Part shown: positions 28,532-38,257 of the stretch, piece by piece | Layout: each line of letters begins with the position of its first letter | Position numbering within the stretch: position 1 is the stretch's first letter | IMG/VR virus record: IMGVR_UViG_2831870349_000001 | Length of the DNA stretch: 64,000 nucleotides | From: a virus | Lineage: Duplodnaviria > Caudoviricetes | Reading direction: 5' to 3' (one strand) | Notes under the pieces: generated by a model | What the model was told of the DNA's origin: nothing | What the model saw: the letters and a program-made list of their open reading frames with translations, nothing else | The model's database searches: none | Position numbers and translations under genes: made by a program

Positions 28532-28805
28532 GTGCACCCCCGGGATCCGGACCCCGTTTTGCGGCAAGCCTGGCTGTACGTGGACCGATGATCCTGAGGA
28601 GGTCGATCCTAAATCGCTGGCTGCTGAGAAAGCCGACTTCCTGCGCGCCGAAATGCAGAAAATCATCACTGTAGCTCGCGACTGCAAAAGCACGGGCCTC
28701 CTGTATAACCGCGAGCTTTCGGAAGCTATTACCTGTGCGGAGACGGCGTATCTCTGGTTGGAGCAGTTACCCGGCGGGAGTAAGTCGCTAGAGTTTGGCG
28801 GCTGA
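28524..28805 (+). CDS. Hypothetical protein
   Basis: AAGGA RBS; RELS.AIT..ETA..W helical motif. Confidence 0.6.
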   Translation: MCKCTPGIRTPFCGKPGCTWTDDPEEVDPKSLAAEKADFLRAEMQKIITVARDCKSTGLLYNRELSEAITCAETAYLWLEQLPGGSKSLEFGG

Positions 28806-28843
28806 GACGTTCACCCTCATCAGAATCTACCCCCATATAGCAC

Positions 28844-29503
28844 ATGCTAGCCACCAAACGACAAATCGAGCGCGCGATGCTGTCGCGGCCGCTTCCGCCA
28901 TCTCGCCTGTCGGACGAAGGGCGGATGGTGACGCGGTTCGAACCGGCCGAGGACCTTGCCGAGTGGGTCATGCGCGCGATCATCGACGAGGATGGGCCGC
29001 TCGCCAATCCCGCACACCAGCATCTGCGGACGGCGTCGATCGGGTTCCTCTGGACGAATGCGCCGAACTTTCGCGGCGGCCATGCGGTCGCCGGCATGAC
29101 CGAGAAGCCGATCTGCCAGGGCAATCGCTGGCAAAAGGCGCGCCACGATCTTCAGCTGTCCGCATGGTTTCCCCGAAATCTCGATTTCCTGATCACCTTG
29201 GATGCTGTGTTCGCCGCCGAGAACCCCGACGTCAATTTTTGCGCGCTGGTCGAGCACGAACTTTACCATATTGCTCACGCCAAAGATCAATTCCGGATTA
29301 AGAAATTCAGCAAATCGACCGGCAAACCGATCCTGGCGCTCCGAGGCCATGATGTCGAGGAGTTTGTCGGTGTCGCCGAGCGGTACGGCGCCGGGGCGTG
29401 CGCCGGCGCGACGGCGGAGCTGGTGCGCGTCTCGAACCTGCCGCCGCTGATCGGTGAGGCGTCGATTCGGGCCGCGTGCGGCAATTGTCTGCGAATGGTT
29501 TAG
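28844..29503 (+). CDS. Putative phage metallopeptidase
   Basis: ALVEHELYHI, HDVEEFVGV.ERYG. Confidence 0.88.
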   Translation: MLATKRQIERAMLSRPLPPSRLSDEGRMVTRFEPAEDLAEWVMRAIIDEDGPLANPAHQHLRTASIGFLWTNAPNFRGGHAVAGMTEKPICQGNRWQKARHDLQLSAWFPRNLDFLITLDAVFAAENPDVNFCALVEHELYHIAHAKDQFRIKKFSKSTGKPILALRGHDVEEFVGVAERYGAGACAGATAELVRVSNLPPLIGEASIRAACGNCLRMV

Positions 29504-29510
29504 GTGTGCG

Positions 29511-30155
29511 ATGGGACGACCTAGGAAAGATGCGGCGAAGCCGCCGGTGGCGGCCAAGGGGGGTGTGGCGAAAGCCGACTCGCCGAAGGTGTCGGCTTCC
29601 ACCGTGCCAGGTCCCAAAACGCTGCCATCAGATATCGTTACTTATATCATCGACCGGTTGGCGCAGTACGCTGGGCCAACAGAGATACGCTCCGAGATTA
29701 TGGATTTGTTCGGACGGGATGTGCCGAAGGCGACGATCAATCGCTACAACCCTAACACGGTGCAGGGCGAAAAGGAAATGGCGGAAGCGCTGAAGGCTTT
29801 GTTTTTCGAGCGACGAGCTCGGTACCTGGACCGCCTTGACGACATCCCGATCGCGAATCCCGCTGTGCGGCTCCAAAAGATCCAGTCAGTTGTCGATCGC
29901 TGCGAAATCAACGGGAACGACGTCCTTCTCCTCCAGGCGGCAAAGCAGGCGGCGGAAGAGCGCGGCGGCGCTTATACGAACCGGCGCGAACTGACAGGCA
30001 AGGATGGCGGCGCGATCGCTCTCAAGAACGAACCGCCGGTGGAGCTCTCAAAGCTCAGCGAGGAGAGGTTCAAATTGCTTGAAAGCATCTATGCCGAAGC
30101 CGGCTCTGGAGATCTGGACACCGGCACAAATCCGAGCGGAGCGACGTCGGCGTGA
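29511..30155 (+). CDS. Terminase small subunit (DUF2280-like)
   Basis: IPIAN..VRL, QAA.E.GG.YTNRRELTGKDGG; upstream of the large subunit. Confidence 0.85.
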   Translation: MGRPRKDAAKPPVAAKGGVAKADSPKVSASTVPGPKTLPSDIVTYIIDRLAQYAGPTEIRSEIMDLFGRDVPKATINRYNPNTVQGEKEMAEALKALFFERRARYLDRLDDIPIANPAVRLQKIQSVVDRCEINGNDVLLLQAAKQAAEERGGAYTNRRELTGKDGGAIALKNEPPVELSKLSEERFKLLESIYAEAGSGDLDTGTNPSGATSA

Positions 30156-31665
30156 TATAGCCGCATGCCGCGCGCATCTGCGTGACTTTGTTCAGCATTC
30201 ATGGCACATCATTGAGCCGGGAATGCCGCTGATCAACAACTGGCATGTGGACTGTATCTGTGATCATCTGGAGGCGGTGACTTTAGGTCACATCCGTGAC
30301 CTGCTCATTAATATCCCACCCGGGCATATGAAGTCGCTCCTAGTTAGTGTCTTCTGGCCGGCATGGGAATGGATCCAAAATCCGCGCGAACGCTCTCTAT
30401 TCTCGTCCTACGCCGTGGATCTTGCAATCCGTGATAGCGTTCGTTGCCGAGACCTGATCACTTCCGACTGGTACCAGGAGTGGTTCGAGCCGGACTGGAA
30501 AATGAAGGGCGACCAGAACGTTAAGTCCTGGTTTCAGAACGATAAGACCGGTTTTCGGTTTTCGATGTCCGTCGGCGGCCGCGCTACTGGTTTTCGCGGA
30601 AACAAGATCGTGGTCGACGACCCTTTGAACGCCAAGGAAATGCATTCGAAGGCGACCCGCGACGAGTGCATCTTCTGGTGGGACAAAGTGATGCCCACGC
30701 GGATCAATGATCCGCGTGGCGGCAAGCGCGTCGTGATCATGCAGCGTTTGCATGAAGAAGATCTGTCCGGACATATACTTGCGAAGGGCGGCTTCGAGCA
30801 TCTTTGCCTGCCGTCGGAATTTGAGCCGGAGCGCCGTTCGCGTACATTCATCTTCTCCAAGGATAATGATCTTAATGATGGCGAAGACGAAATGCGCACT
30901 GAATTCTGGTCAGATCCGCGGACTGAGCATGGGGATCTCTTGTTCCCGGAGATGTTCACGAAGCAAGTACTCAGTCAGCTGAAAAAGGATCTGGGCGAAA
31001 CGGATTTTGCCGGGCAGCATCAGCAGTCGCCGCGACCCGCCGCCGGCATCATCTTCAAAAGCCATTGGTGGCGCTACTGGGTTCCCAAAGGTCTGCTCGG
31101 CAAACTCCCGCCGATTACCATTGTCCTGGAGGACGGCTCATTCTTTGACAGCCCCGTCATCGAGATCCCTGAGGGATTTGAAACACTCCTCCAGTCCTGG
31201 GATATGTCGTTCAAAGACAGCAAGGGCGCGGACTTCGTCGCCGGGCAGGTCTGGGCTCAGGTCAAAGCCGATTGCTTCCTGCTCGATCAAGTTTGTGAAC
31301 GCATGGATTTCACGGCCACGATCGCGGCCGTTCGCGCGATGACGGAGAAGTGGCCGCTGGCGCTCGCGAAACTCGTTGAGGATAAGGCAAACGGACCTGC
31401 GGTAATTTCCTCGCTGAAAAAAGAGATCCCGGGGCTCATCCCTATCGAACCCGAAGGTGATAAAGTCTCCCGCGCTCATGCCGTCACTCCGATGTGCGAG
31501 TCCGGAAATGTGTATCTTCCGCACCCTGCGCTTTATCCATGGATCAAGGTAACCCTCGACCGGCTGACAGCATTCCCAAACGCCGCCAAAGACGACGATG
31601 TAGACGCACTCACGCAGGCGCTCCGGCGCATGAGCAAAAAGAAACGCGTTTTCAAGTTGATGTAG
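30091..31665 (+). CDS. terL: Terminase large subunit
   Basis: INIPPGHMKS Walker A, IVVDDP Walker B, WDMSFKD/EDKANG/DDDVDA nuclease motifs. Confidence 0.95.
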   Translation: MPKPALEIWTPAQIRAERRRRDIAACRAHLRDFVQHSWHIIEPGMPLINNWHVDCICDHLEAVTLGHIRDLLINIPPGHMKSLLVSVFWPAWEWIQNPRERSLFSSYAVDLAIRDSVRCRDLITSDWYQEWFEPDWKMKGDQNVKSWFQNDKTGFRFSMSVGGRATGFRGNKIVVDDPLNAKEMHSKATRDECIFWWDKVMPTRINDPRGGKRVVIMQRLHEEDLSGHILAKGGFEHLCLPSEFEPERRSRTFIFSKDNDLNDGEDEMRTEFWSDPRTEHGDLLFPEMFTKQVLSQLKKDLGETDFAGQHQQSPRPAAGIIFKSHWWRYWVPKGLLGKLPPITIVLEDGSFFDSPVIEIPEGFETLLQSWDMSFKDSKGADFVAGQVWAQVKADCFLLDQVCERMDFTATIAAVRAMTEKWPLALAKLVEDKANGPAVISSLKKEIPGLIPIEPEGDKVSRAHAVTPMCESGNVYLPHPALYPWIKVTLDRLTAFPNAAKDDDVDALTQALRRMSKKKRVFKLM

Positions 31666-31683
31666 ACCTGGACAAGTACACCT

Positions 31684-31812
31684 ATGACGCCATTCAAATT
31701 GTTCGAATATGCGACGGCTGTCGCCGGCGGCGTCGCCGAACTGGGCGTCGTCCTGATCGTGCTCGCGCTGGGCTCTCTGGCCGCGATCGCGTACTTCAAG
31801 AAGCCGGAATAA
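31684..31812 (+). CDS. Small single-TM protein (42 aa)
   Basis: Fills the terL-portal gap; hydrophobic segment with basic tail. Confidence 0.5.
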   Translation: MTPFKLFEYATAVAGGVAELGVVLIVLALGSLAAIAYFKKPE

Positions 31813-31821
31813 CAATCCCTT

Positions 31822-33180
31822 ATGGCAGTCTTCAAGGCCGGAAAACTAAATACCGGGAAGCTGCCGGGCCTCCGCCAGCAGATCCGTCGGGGTTTGAACG
31901 CGGTCCTGTCCATTAAGGATGGCGGCGTGACGGCCGAAGGCGACGCCGGATGGAGTGTGCTCTCCGGGCGCAATCATCAGTATTACCGGGGCAGCGTCCG
32001 CAACTGGCAAAACGAGGCGGGACCGCTCTGGGAAAACCCGGCGATCTCGATCGGAATCCAATATATCTTCAACAAGGTCGCGGAGCCGCGCCTTCAAGTC
32101 GTCTCGGATCCCGACGGAACGCCCACGCCGATCCCCGGGCACGCACTGATTCAGCTGCTTCGCAGGCCCAACGGCGAATACAGCTGGCGCGCGATGCTCC
32201 AGGCCTGCGCTGCGTCCTATAAGCTGGACGGAAACGCCTATATCGTCAAGGTGCGCGGGTCCGGTGGGTACGGGTCCGTTCAGCAGCTCTGGTATATCGC
32301 GCACTGGCAGATGGAGCCTCTGGCGCCGCTCGGGAACGGGCCGACCGAGTTCTACAAGCGCACGCTCCCAAATGGTAAGACGGAAGTCTATGCGCGCGCC
32401 AACGTCATCCACTTCAAGAACGGTCTCGATCTGGAGAACAACCGGAAGGGCTACGCCCCCTTCCGCGCTGAGTTCCGCGAAGTCGTCTCCGACAACGAGA
32501 TCGCGACGTTCACCGCGTCGATCCTGAAAAACCTCGGCGTCGCGATCATGATCTCCCCCGTCGGCGACGACGCCGAGATGGACACGGATACGGTCGACGA
32601 GCTGAAAGACAAGGTCCGGGTAGGTATTTCGGCGGACAACCGGGGCGGCCTGGTCATGCCCTCGATTCCCGTACGCGCCGATCGCATAGGATCCACCCCG
32701 CAGGAAATGGCGCTCGACACCATCGGGGACCGTCCGGAGTCGCGGATCTTCGCCACGCTCGGCATCGAGCCGATGGCGGTCGGACTTCCCTCCGGCAACA
32801 CGAAGTACGCGAACAAAAAAGAGGCGCGCGAGGCGTCCTACGAAAACGGCATCATCCCGATGCTTTCCGTGTTCGGGGAGACACTCACGGATGAATTGCT
32901 GCCCGATTTTCACGCCGGGCAAAAGAGTGCGCCGGACGAGGTCGTCGCGTTCAACTACGACAAAGTCCGTGACCTTCAGCCGGACCTCGACGCCAAGCAC
33001 AAACGCTTCTGGGGCGACTTCAAGAACGGTATCGGCAAACTGAGCGAAGCGCGCGCCGGTCTTGGTTACGAGAAGGACGAGCAGATTGACGGATATTATT
33101 TCGAGTTGATGCCGGCAAAAACCGCAACGCCCGACGGATCCCAGGGCGTCAGCGACGATCCTGACGCCGCCGACAAGTAG
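31822..33180 (+). CDS. HK97-family portal protein
   Basis: LLRRPN, L.GNAY, VIHFK, G..P motifs; position. Confidence 0.93.
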   Translation: MAVFKAGKLNTGKLPGLRQQIRRGLNAVLSIKDGGVTAEGDAGWSVLSGRNHQYYRGSVRNWQNEAGPLWENPAISIGIQYIFNKVAEPRLQVVSDPDGTPTPIPGHALIQLLRRPNGEYSWRAMLQACAASYKLDGNAYIVKVRGSGGYGSVQQLWYIAHWQMEPLAPLGNGPTEFYKRTLPNGKTEVYARANVIHFKNGLDLENNRKGYAPFRAEFREVVSDNEIATFTASILKNLGVAIMISPVGDDAEMDTDTVDELKDKVRVGISADNRGGLVMPSIPVRADRIGSTPQEMALDTIGDRPESRIFATLGIEPMAVGLPSGNTKYANKKEAREASYENGIIPMLSVFGETLTDELLPDFHAGQKSAPDEVVAFNYDKVRDLQPDLDAKHKRFWGDFKNGIGKLSEARAGLGYEKDEQIDGYYFELMPAKTATPDGSQGVSDDPDAADK

Positions 33181-33279
33181 ATCTATCGTAAGAGTAGATC
33201 TGCCGAGAGAATAGATCTGTCGTAAGAATAGATCTGTCGTAAGAATAGATCTGTCGTAAGAATAGATCTGTCGTGAGAT
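33178..33279. repeat. Six 17-bp tandem repeats (TAGATCTGTCGTAAGAA)
   Basis: Read directly; intergenic between portal and protease. Confidence 0.92.
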
Positions 33280-33325
33280 CGGAACTCTTTGATTCTCACG
33301 ACATTCCCCCGACGAAAGCCTTCCC

Positions 33326-34765
33326 ATGAGTGACATCACAGTCGTGAATAATCTCACGCGCGTTGACAAATTCTTCAATCTGAAGGCTGCCAACACGTCC
33401 ATCGAAGACAACTATATCGATTCCGTGCCTTCGGTCATGGGCGTGATGGATGAAGGCGCGGATGTGATCTTCCCGGGCGCGTTCACGAAGAGCGGGGCGC
33501 TGGAAAGCTTCCTGAAGCGTGGATTCGTCCCTACCGACCACAAATGGGAGTGGACGGAGATCGTCGCGATGCCGATTTCCGCGAAGGAGGACGGCAACAA
33601 GCTCGTCAGCCGCGCGGTCTTCCACACCACGCAGAAGGCGCAGGACGCCCGCACGATCTGCATGGAGCGCCTGGCGCAGGGACTTTGGATCGGCGAGTCC
33701 GTCGGCTTTGGCATGTACGCCGGCGATTACAAATGGTTTGCCTCCGGACAGGCGCTGCTGACCTGGGCTGAGGCGAATGGATACGACCTGTCCCTTTTTG
33801 ATGCGGATGGGATCAAGTCCTGGAAGACGACGTGCCGGGGCATCATCAATATCCCCGAGCTTTATGAATATAGCATTGTCCCGGTCGGCATGAACCGCTG
33901 GGCGGAGGCGGTCGACGTGAAATCAGACAATCAAAAATCCGGACAGATCACCCTTGCCGCCTTGCCGGCCTTGCTCAAGGAGCTCTCCGACGCCGGCGCG
34001 CCGATCACGCTGCCTGACGGAACCGTGCTCGTCCCGAAATCGGCGCCGGCGCCGGGCGGAGCGCGCGAACTGGTGGCGATCGCCAAAGACGGCAAGGTGA
34101 CGCTGAAGGGCGAGTACCTGGGCGATATCGAGATCGATATGACGCTGAGCGCCGCCTACGATCTGTGCTACACGATGTACTACATCGTCGCCGCGCAGCT
34201 GCGCGGCAACTGGTCCTGGGACGATGTCGCCGGAGACTATGTCCGCGTGCGCCCTCCGCTCGCCGATGCGCTGGTCGCCATTGAAGGCGCCGCAGGTGAG
34301 TTCACGGACGTACTGCTCCGTGTGATCGAAGCCATTATGTCCGGCGTCGAAGGCGCGCAGGACGCCGAAGAAGTCGAGGTCGAACTCGAAGCGATGGCGG
34401 GCGGCCCCGACGTCAAACAATTGTCCGATTCCCTGCATGCCGGGGAATCGTTTCAAAAACAGCTGGGAACGGTGCGTGCTGCCGTGAAGAGCTGCTCCGA
34501 TCGCGCGAAGGCGATCCATCTCATCCGCGTCAAGGAAGGGCGGGCGCTGTCGGAAACCAACCGGCAGAAGCTCACCTCGCACCGCGACGCGCTGGCGGAC
34601 TGCGTCAAGGCGATCGACGATCTGCTGGAGGAGACAAAGAACAACGCGGAAGAGGCGACTGAAAAGTCACTTGAAGTAAGTGAAAAGCTTGCTCCGGCCG
34701 CGTCCGTTCTCAAGGCTCGGCGTGATTTCCTGATCCAGGAGCTGGCGGGAGTCCTCGGCGAGTAA
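33326..34765 (+). CDS. HK97-family prohead protease with C-terminal extension
   Basis: D.GADVI.PGAF, DH, ESVGF, LYEYSIVPVGMN, KEGR.LS..N. Confidence 0.9.
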   Translation: MSDITVVNNLTRVDKFFNLKAANTSIEDNYIDSVPSVMGVMDEGADVIFPGAFTKSGALESFLKRGFVPTDHKWEWTEIVAMPISAKEDGNKLVSRAVFHTTQKAQDARTICMERLAQGLWIGESVGFGMYAGDYKWFASGQALLTWAEANGYDLSLFDADGIKSWKTTCRGIINIPELYEYSIVPVGMNRWAEAVDVKSDNQKSGQITLAALPALLKELSDAGAPITLPDGTVLVPKSAPAPGGARELVAIAKDGKVTLKGEYLGDIEIDMTLSAAYDLCYTMYYIVAAQLRGNWSWDDVAGDYVRVRPPLADALVAIEGAAGEFTDVLLRVIEAIMSGVEGAQDAEEVEVELEAMAGGPDVKQLSDSLHAGESFQKQLGTVRAAVKSCSDRAKAIHLIRVKEGRALSETNRQKLTSHRDALADCVKAIDDLLEETKNNAEEATEKSLEVSEKLAPAASVLKARRDFLIQELAGVLGE

Positions 34766-34977
34766 AGTCTCGGCAGAAAAATTCACAAAACCAGCGAACC
34801 ATTCTTGATATGGTCCGCAGCACTCACATTTCCCGATAGACAGCACAAAATAGCAGCCTTTGACCGAAGGAGCCCGGCGCGGATAGCGCGCCTGGGCTCC
34901 TTTTGTTTTGGGCTGCTTTTTCATGTGCCTGTCTTCGCATTTCCCGGCGGCGCTCACGGCGCCGCGAGACACAATCC

Positions 34978-36375
34978 ATGAAAACACTGCAAGAGAAGAT
35001 GGCGGCGCGCGAGCTGCTGGTCAAGCAGGTCAAAGACCTGTTCGCGAAGGCTGAGCAGACCACCGAGGACCTGGACGCTATCGAAAAAGCCAACGACGAG
35101 ATCAAGGCGCTGGACGCCGAGATCGTCCGCTTGAAGAGCATTGAAGATATCCGCAAGGCGAACGCCGAGCGGGAAGCCGAGATCGCGACTCTGGGCCAGC
35201 GCCCGGAACTTGGCAACAGCGCGCCGACCTTCGCGGAAAAGACCGGCATCGTCCCCGTGGAGTTTAAACTCTCCCGCCCTGAGAACTTCCTCAAGATCAC
35301 GAACGATCTGGAGAAGGCGCAGACCAAGGCGTATCGCATGGGCCACTTCCTGCTGGCGACCCTTGGCAACAACGCCAAGTCCCAGGCGTGGTGCGCGAAG
35401 AACGGGATCGAGCTTCGCTCCCAGAGCGAGACCGATAACGCCGCCGGCGGCTTCCTGGTGCCGGCTGAGTTCGACAACGATTTGATCGTCCTCCGCGAAA
35501 TCTACGGCGTCTTCCGCAAGTATGCGAAGAAGTCGACCATGCGCAGCGACACCAAGATGGTTCCGCGCCGCACCGGCGGCCTGAAGGCGTACTGGGTCAC
35601 CGACGGGCAAGGAATCACCGAGAGCCAAAAAGGCTGGGACATGGTGACCTTGATCGCGAAGAAGCTCGCGTGCCTTGCGCTCTATTCGAGCGAGCTGAAC
35701 GAAGACGCGATCATCGACATTACGAACGACCTGGCCGGCGAGATCGCGTACGCGTTCGCGCTGACCGAGGACTTCGCGGGCTTCGTCGGCGACGCCACGA
35801 GCGCTTACGGCGGCATCACGGGCGTCACGAATAAGTTCCTGGGTCTCAGCGCAACCGTCGCCAATATCGCCGGCCTCTATGTGGCGAGCGGCGCCGGCTA
35901 CGCGAATAACTGGGACAGCATCACGCTGAAGGACTTTGGCAAGCTGAAGGGTCTCTGCCCGCAGTACGCGCTCCAGAAGGACGCGGCCTGGTACTGCTCC
36001 CAGGCGTTCTACTCGGACGTCATGGAAGCACTGATGCTCGCCGCCGGCGGCGTCACCGCGATGGAAGTGGCGATGGGCCGCAAGGAGCTGACGTTCATGG
36101 GCTATCCCGTGCGCATCAGCCAGGCGATGCCCCAGTCCTCGGCGCAGAACCAGATCCCGGTCTTCTTCGGAGACCTGAGCCTGGCCGCGCTGTTTGGCGA
36201 TCGCCGCGAGACCACGATCGCCACGTCGAGCGAGTACCGCTTCGCGAACGACCAGCTTGCCATCAAGGGCACTGAGCGCGTCGATATCATCGTGCATGAC
36301 ATCGGCAACGCGGACGCCGTCGCGGCCAACCGCAAGGTCGGCCCGCTCGTCGCGATGATCACGCCGAACGCGTAA
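34978..36375 (+). CDS. HK97-fold major capsid protein
   Basis: Coiled-coil delta domain, GGFLVP, S.EL.ED, L.G.PV, FGD.S. Confidence 0.95.
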   Translation: MKTLQEKMAARELLVKQVKDLFAKAEQTTEDLDAIEKANDEIKALDAEIVRLKSIEDIRKANAEREAEIATLGQRPELGNSAPTFAEKTGIVPVEFKLSRPENFLKITNDLEKAQTKAYRMGHFLLATLGNNAKSQAWCAKNGIELRSQSETDNAAGGFLVPAEFDNDLIVLREIYGVFRKYAKKSTMRSDTKMVPRRTGGLKAYWVTDGQGITESQKGWDMVTLIAKKLACLALYSSELNEDAIIDITNDLAGEIAYAFALTEDFAGFVGDATSAYGGITGVTNKFLGLSATVANIAGLYVASGAGYANNWDSITLKDFGKLKGLCPQYALQKDAAWYCSQAFYSDVMEALMLAAGGVTAMEVAMGRKELTFMGYPVRISQAMPQSSAQNQIPVFFGDLSLAALFGDRRETTIATSSEYRFANDQLAIKGTERVDIIVHDIGNADAVAANRKVGPLVAMITPNA

Positions 36376-36517
36376 TCATCGGCCCCGTCCTCGTCCTAAA
36401 CAGACCTCGCCTTTGACCAAAATCCTCCGCTCCATCCGCCCACGCGCACCGCCCACGGCGGTGCGCGTGGGCGGCGGGGCGGATTATCTACGGCGCGCCT
36501 GCTGGCGCCGGGAGAGA

Positions 36518-36973
36518 ATGAATATGATCGGTACTCACAACTTTAAGAAGGTCGTCGCAATCGCGCCGGCGTCCTTCACCAACGGCGCGACCGCGTCGGG
36601 GATCATCGATACCGCCGGTTTCGACGCGATGACGCTGGATCTAATCACGTCGCCGGCCAATAACGCCACCAACTCGCCGACGGTCCTCAAGCTCCAGGAA
36701 GCGGATGTGACCAACGCCACATCGTTCACCGACATTCCCCAGTTTGTCGGCGGCGGCGCGGGCGGCTTCGCCATCCCGAATGAGAAGACCGTGGCTAGCA
36801 CCGCCCCGTTTGCCTCGTTCAACGTGGACCTTCGGAGTCGCAAGCGCTATATCCAGGTCGTGGACGTTCCGCAGACCACGCAGATCGTCAGCGCGATCGC
36901 GCAGCTCGGCCGCGCGGAGCAGACGCCCGTCGGCGCGGCGTCGCAGAACGTTGCTGTCGTTGTTACTGGCTAA
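36518..36973 (+). CDS. Capsid decoration/cement-like protein
   Basis: IDTAGF...LQEAD...F.D...KRYI beta-sandwich directly after the capsid gene. Confidence 0.65.
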   Translation: MNMIGTHNFKKVVAIAPASFTNGATASGIIDTAGFDAMTLDLITSPANNATNSPTVLKLQEADVTNATSFTDIPQFVGGGAGGFAIPNEKTVASTAPFASFNVDLRSRKRYIQVVDVPQTTQIVSAIAQLGRAEQTPVGAASQNVAVVVTG

Positions 36974-37070
36974 CTGGTCTGCTGAAATCAAATGCAGGCT
37001 AAGACCAATACAGTCTTAGCCTGCGCTTAAAAGCGCATTCATTTTCCAGGTTCCTCGGGAGGGAGCAATT

Positions 37071-37406
37071 ATGGACGATCAAACTACAACGGCCTCTAAA
37101 GAGCCAAAAGATTTTAACAGCGATGGTCCCGTTCAAGAAAACATCACAACTCAGGCAGTCGCAAAGCGAGCCTTAGAAGTGATGAAGTGGGCAGGATGTG
37201 CATGCGGATGGTATGACCACACCGCTGAGGGCGGTCCAACAGTCGAAAAAATGGAGAGCGATCTCCTATTTCTAGAAGCCGTGGCTGATGGTGACGACGA
37301 AAAGACCATTCACAAAAAAATAGTTGCCCTGCGCGCTAAGCAATTAGGAGATGACTTTAAAGTCCTTCTTTATAAAGCTGAGTTGCCGACAAGTTATGAC
37401 AGATAG
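37071..37406 (+). CDS. Moron hypothetical protein (lower GC)
   Basis: GGGAGG RBS in a hairpin loop. Confidence 0.6.
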   Translation: MDDQTTTASKEPKDFNSDGPVQENITTQAVAKRALEVMKWAGCACGWYDHTAEGGPTVEKMESDLLFLEAVADGDDEKTIHKKIVALRAKQLGDDFKVLLYKAELPTSYDR

Positions 37407-37442
37407 GCGAAAGCCAAAAAATAGGCTTCGGCCAAACCATAG

Positions 37443-37505
37443 CCCTGCGAGCGCTCCCGACGCTCGCAGGGTGAAATTGTATCGGGGGCGTCTCGGGAGG
37501 GCGTC
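37443..37505 (+). promoter_or_regulatory. Kissing-hairpin leader motif, copy B
   Basis: Loop CTCCCGA complementary to loop TCGGGAG (compensatory change relative to copy A). Confidence 0.7.
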
Positions 37506-37510
37506 AGCAG

Positions 37511-38257
37511 ATGGCATTAACAGAGCAAGAAGTCGCGGAGATCAATTCTCTGCTCGCTGAGTCGGGCAAGAGAGCCGCGCGCAAGATTTTCCTGGAAGTG
37601 GAAGCGAAGAGACTCCTCGAGGAATCGATGGCGGCCAACGAAGAACTAAACAATCTGCGTTTTGACTATTGTCCCGCACAGCAGCGGATTAATGAAATTC
37701 TTCGCGACGCTTCAATTCGTGAATCTGCGTGCCCAGGCGAAGTTCCGGGGCGTGTTGTAGAAAACGCCATCGCATGTGGGGACGACAACCAGGCGCTTGC
37801 TGAAGACGAACGCCCGCTGAATCGCTATGCAGTGGATTATGAGTTTGGGGCAGCAAAGTTCTACACACGATCTATCGACATAGACGAAGCGCGGCTCGAA
37901 TTTTATGACTGCGCCAACGAATGCTTCGGTATTCGTAAGTCGATTGGAGACGTAAAAATCAACCTTGAGGCGGAGAACGTCCACCTGCCTGTCCAGGATG
38001 CGAAACAGATCTCCTATTTCACTCACGCACTTCTATACGGCCAAACTTCAGGTATCGGAGACGAAGTCATTTTCGACCGGCGTTATAAGACGGCAAGCGG
38101 TGAGGGGTGGAAACTTCAAAACGAGAGCGGAGAGCGTTGCACCTGCGCGACGCGTGGCAGCGCCGAACTTGCCTGCGAAGTGCATCACTTCTGGGTTGAA
38201 AATCATAACCACGTCTGCCCATGCACCAATCCGTCGTGGGAGGCGCCGCACAAATGA
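37511..38257 (+). CDS. Moron hypothetical protein
   Basis: ORF with RBS; Cys/His-rich C terminus. Confidence 0.6.
   Translation: MALTEQEVAEINSLLAESGKRAARKIFLEVEAKRLLEESMAANEELNNLRFDYCPAQQRINEILRDASIRESACPGEVPGRVVENAIACGDDNQALAEDERPLNRYAVDYEFGAAKFYTRSIDIDEARLEFYDCANECFGIRKSIGDVKINLEAENVHLPVQDAKQISYFTHALLYGQTSGIGDEVIFDRRYKTASGEGWKLQNESGERCTCATRGSAELACEVHHFWVENHNHVCPCTNPSWEAPHK

Noticed and set aside
33178-33279. CRISPR array
   Set aside because: Repeats are head-to-tail with no unique spacers, and no cas genes are present
31846-36297. Long minus-strand ORFs (31846-33411, 34954-36297)
   Set aside because: Antisense shadows of GC-rich portal and capsid genes with no recognisable motifs
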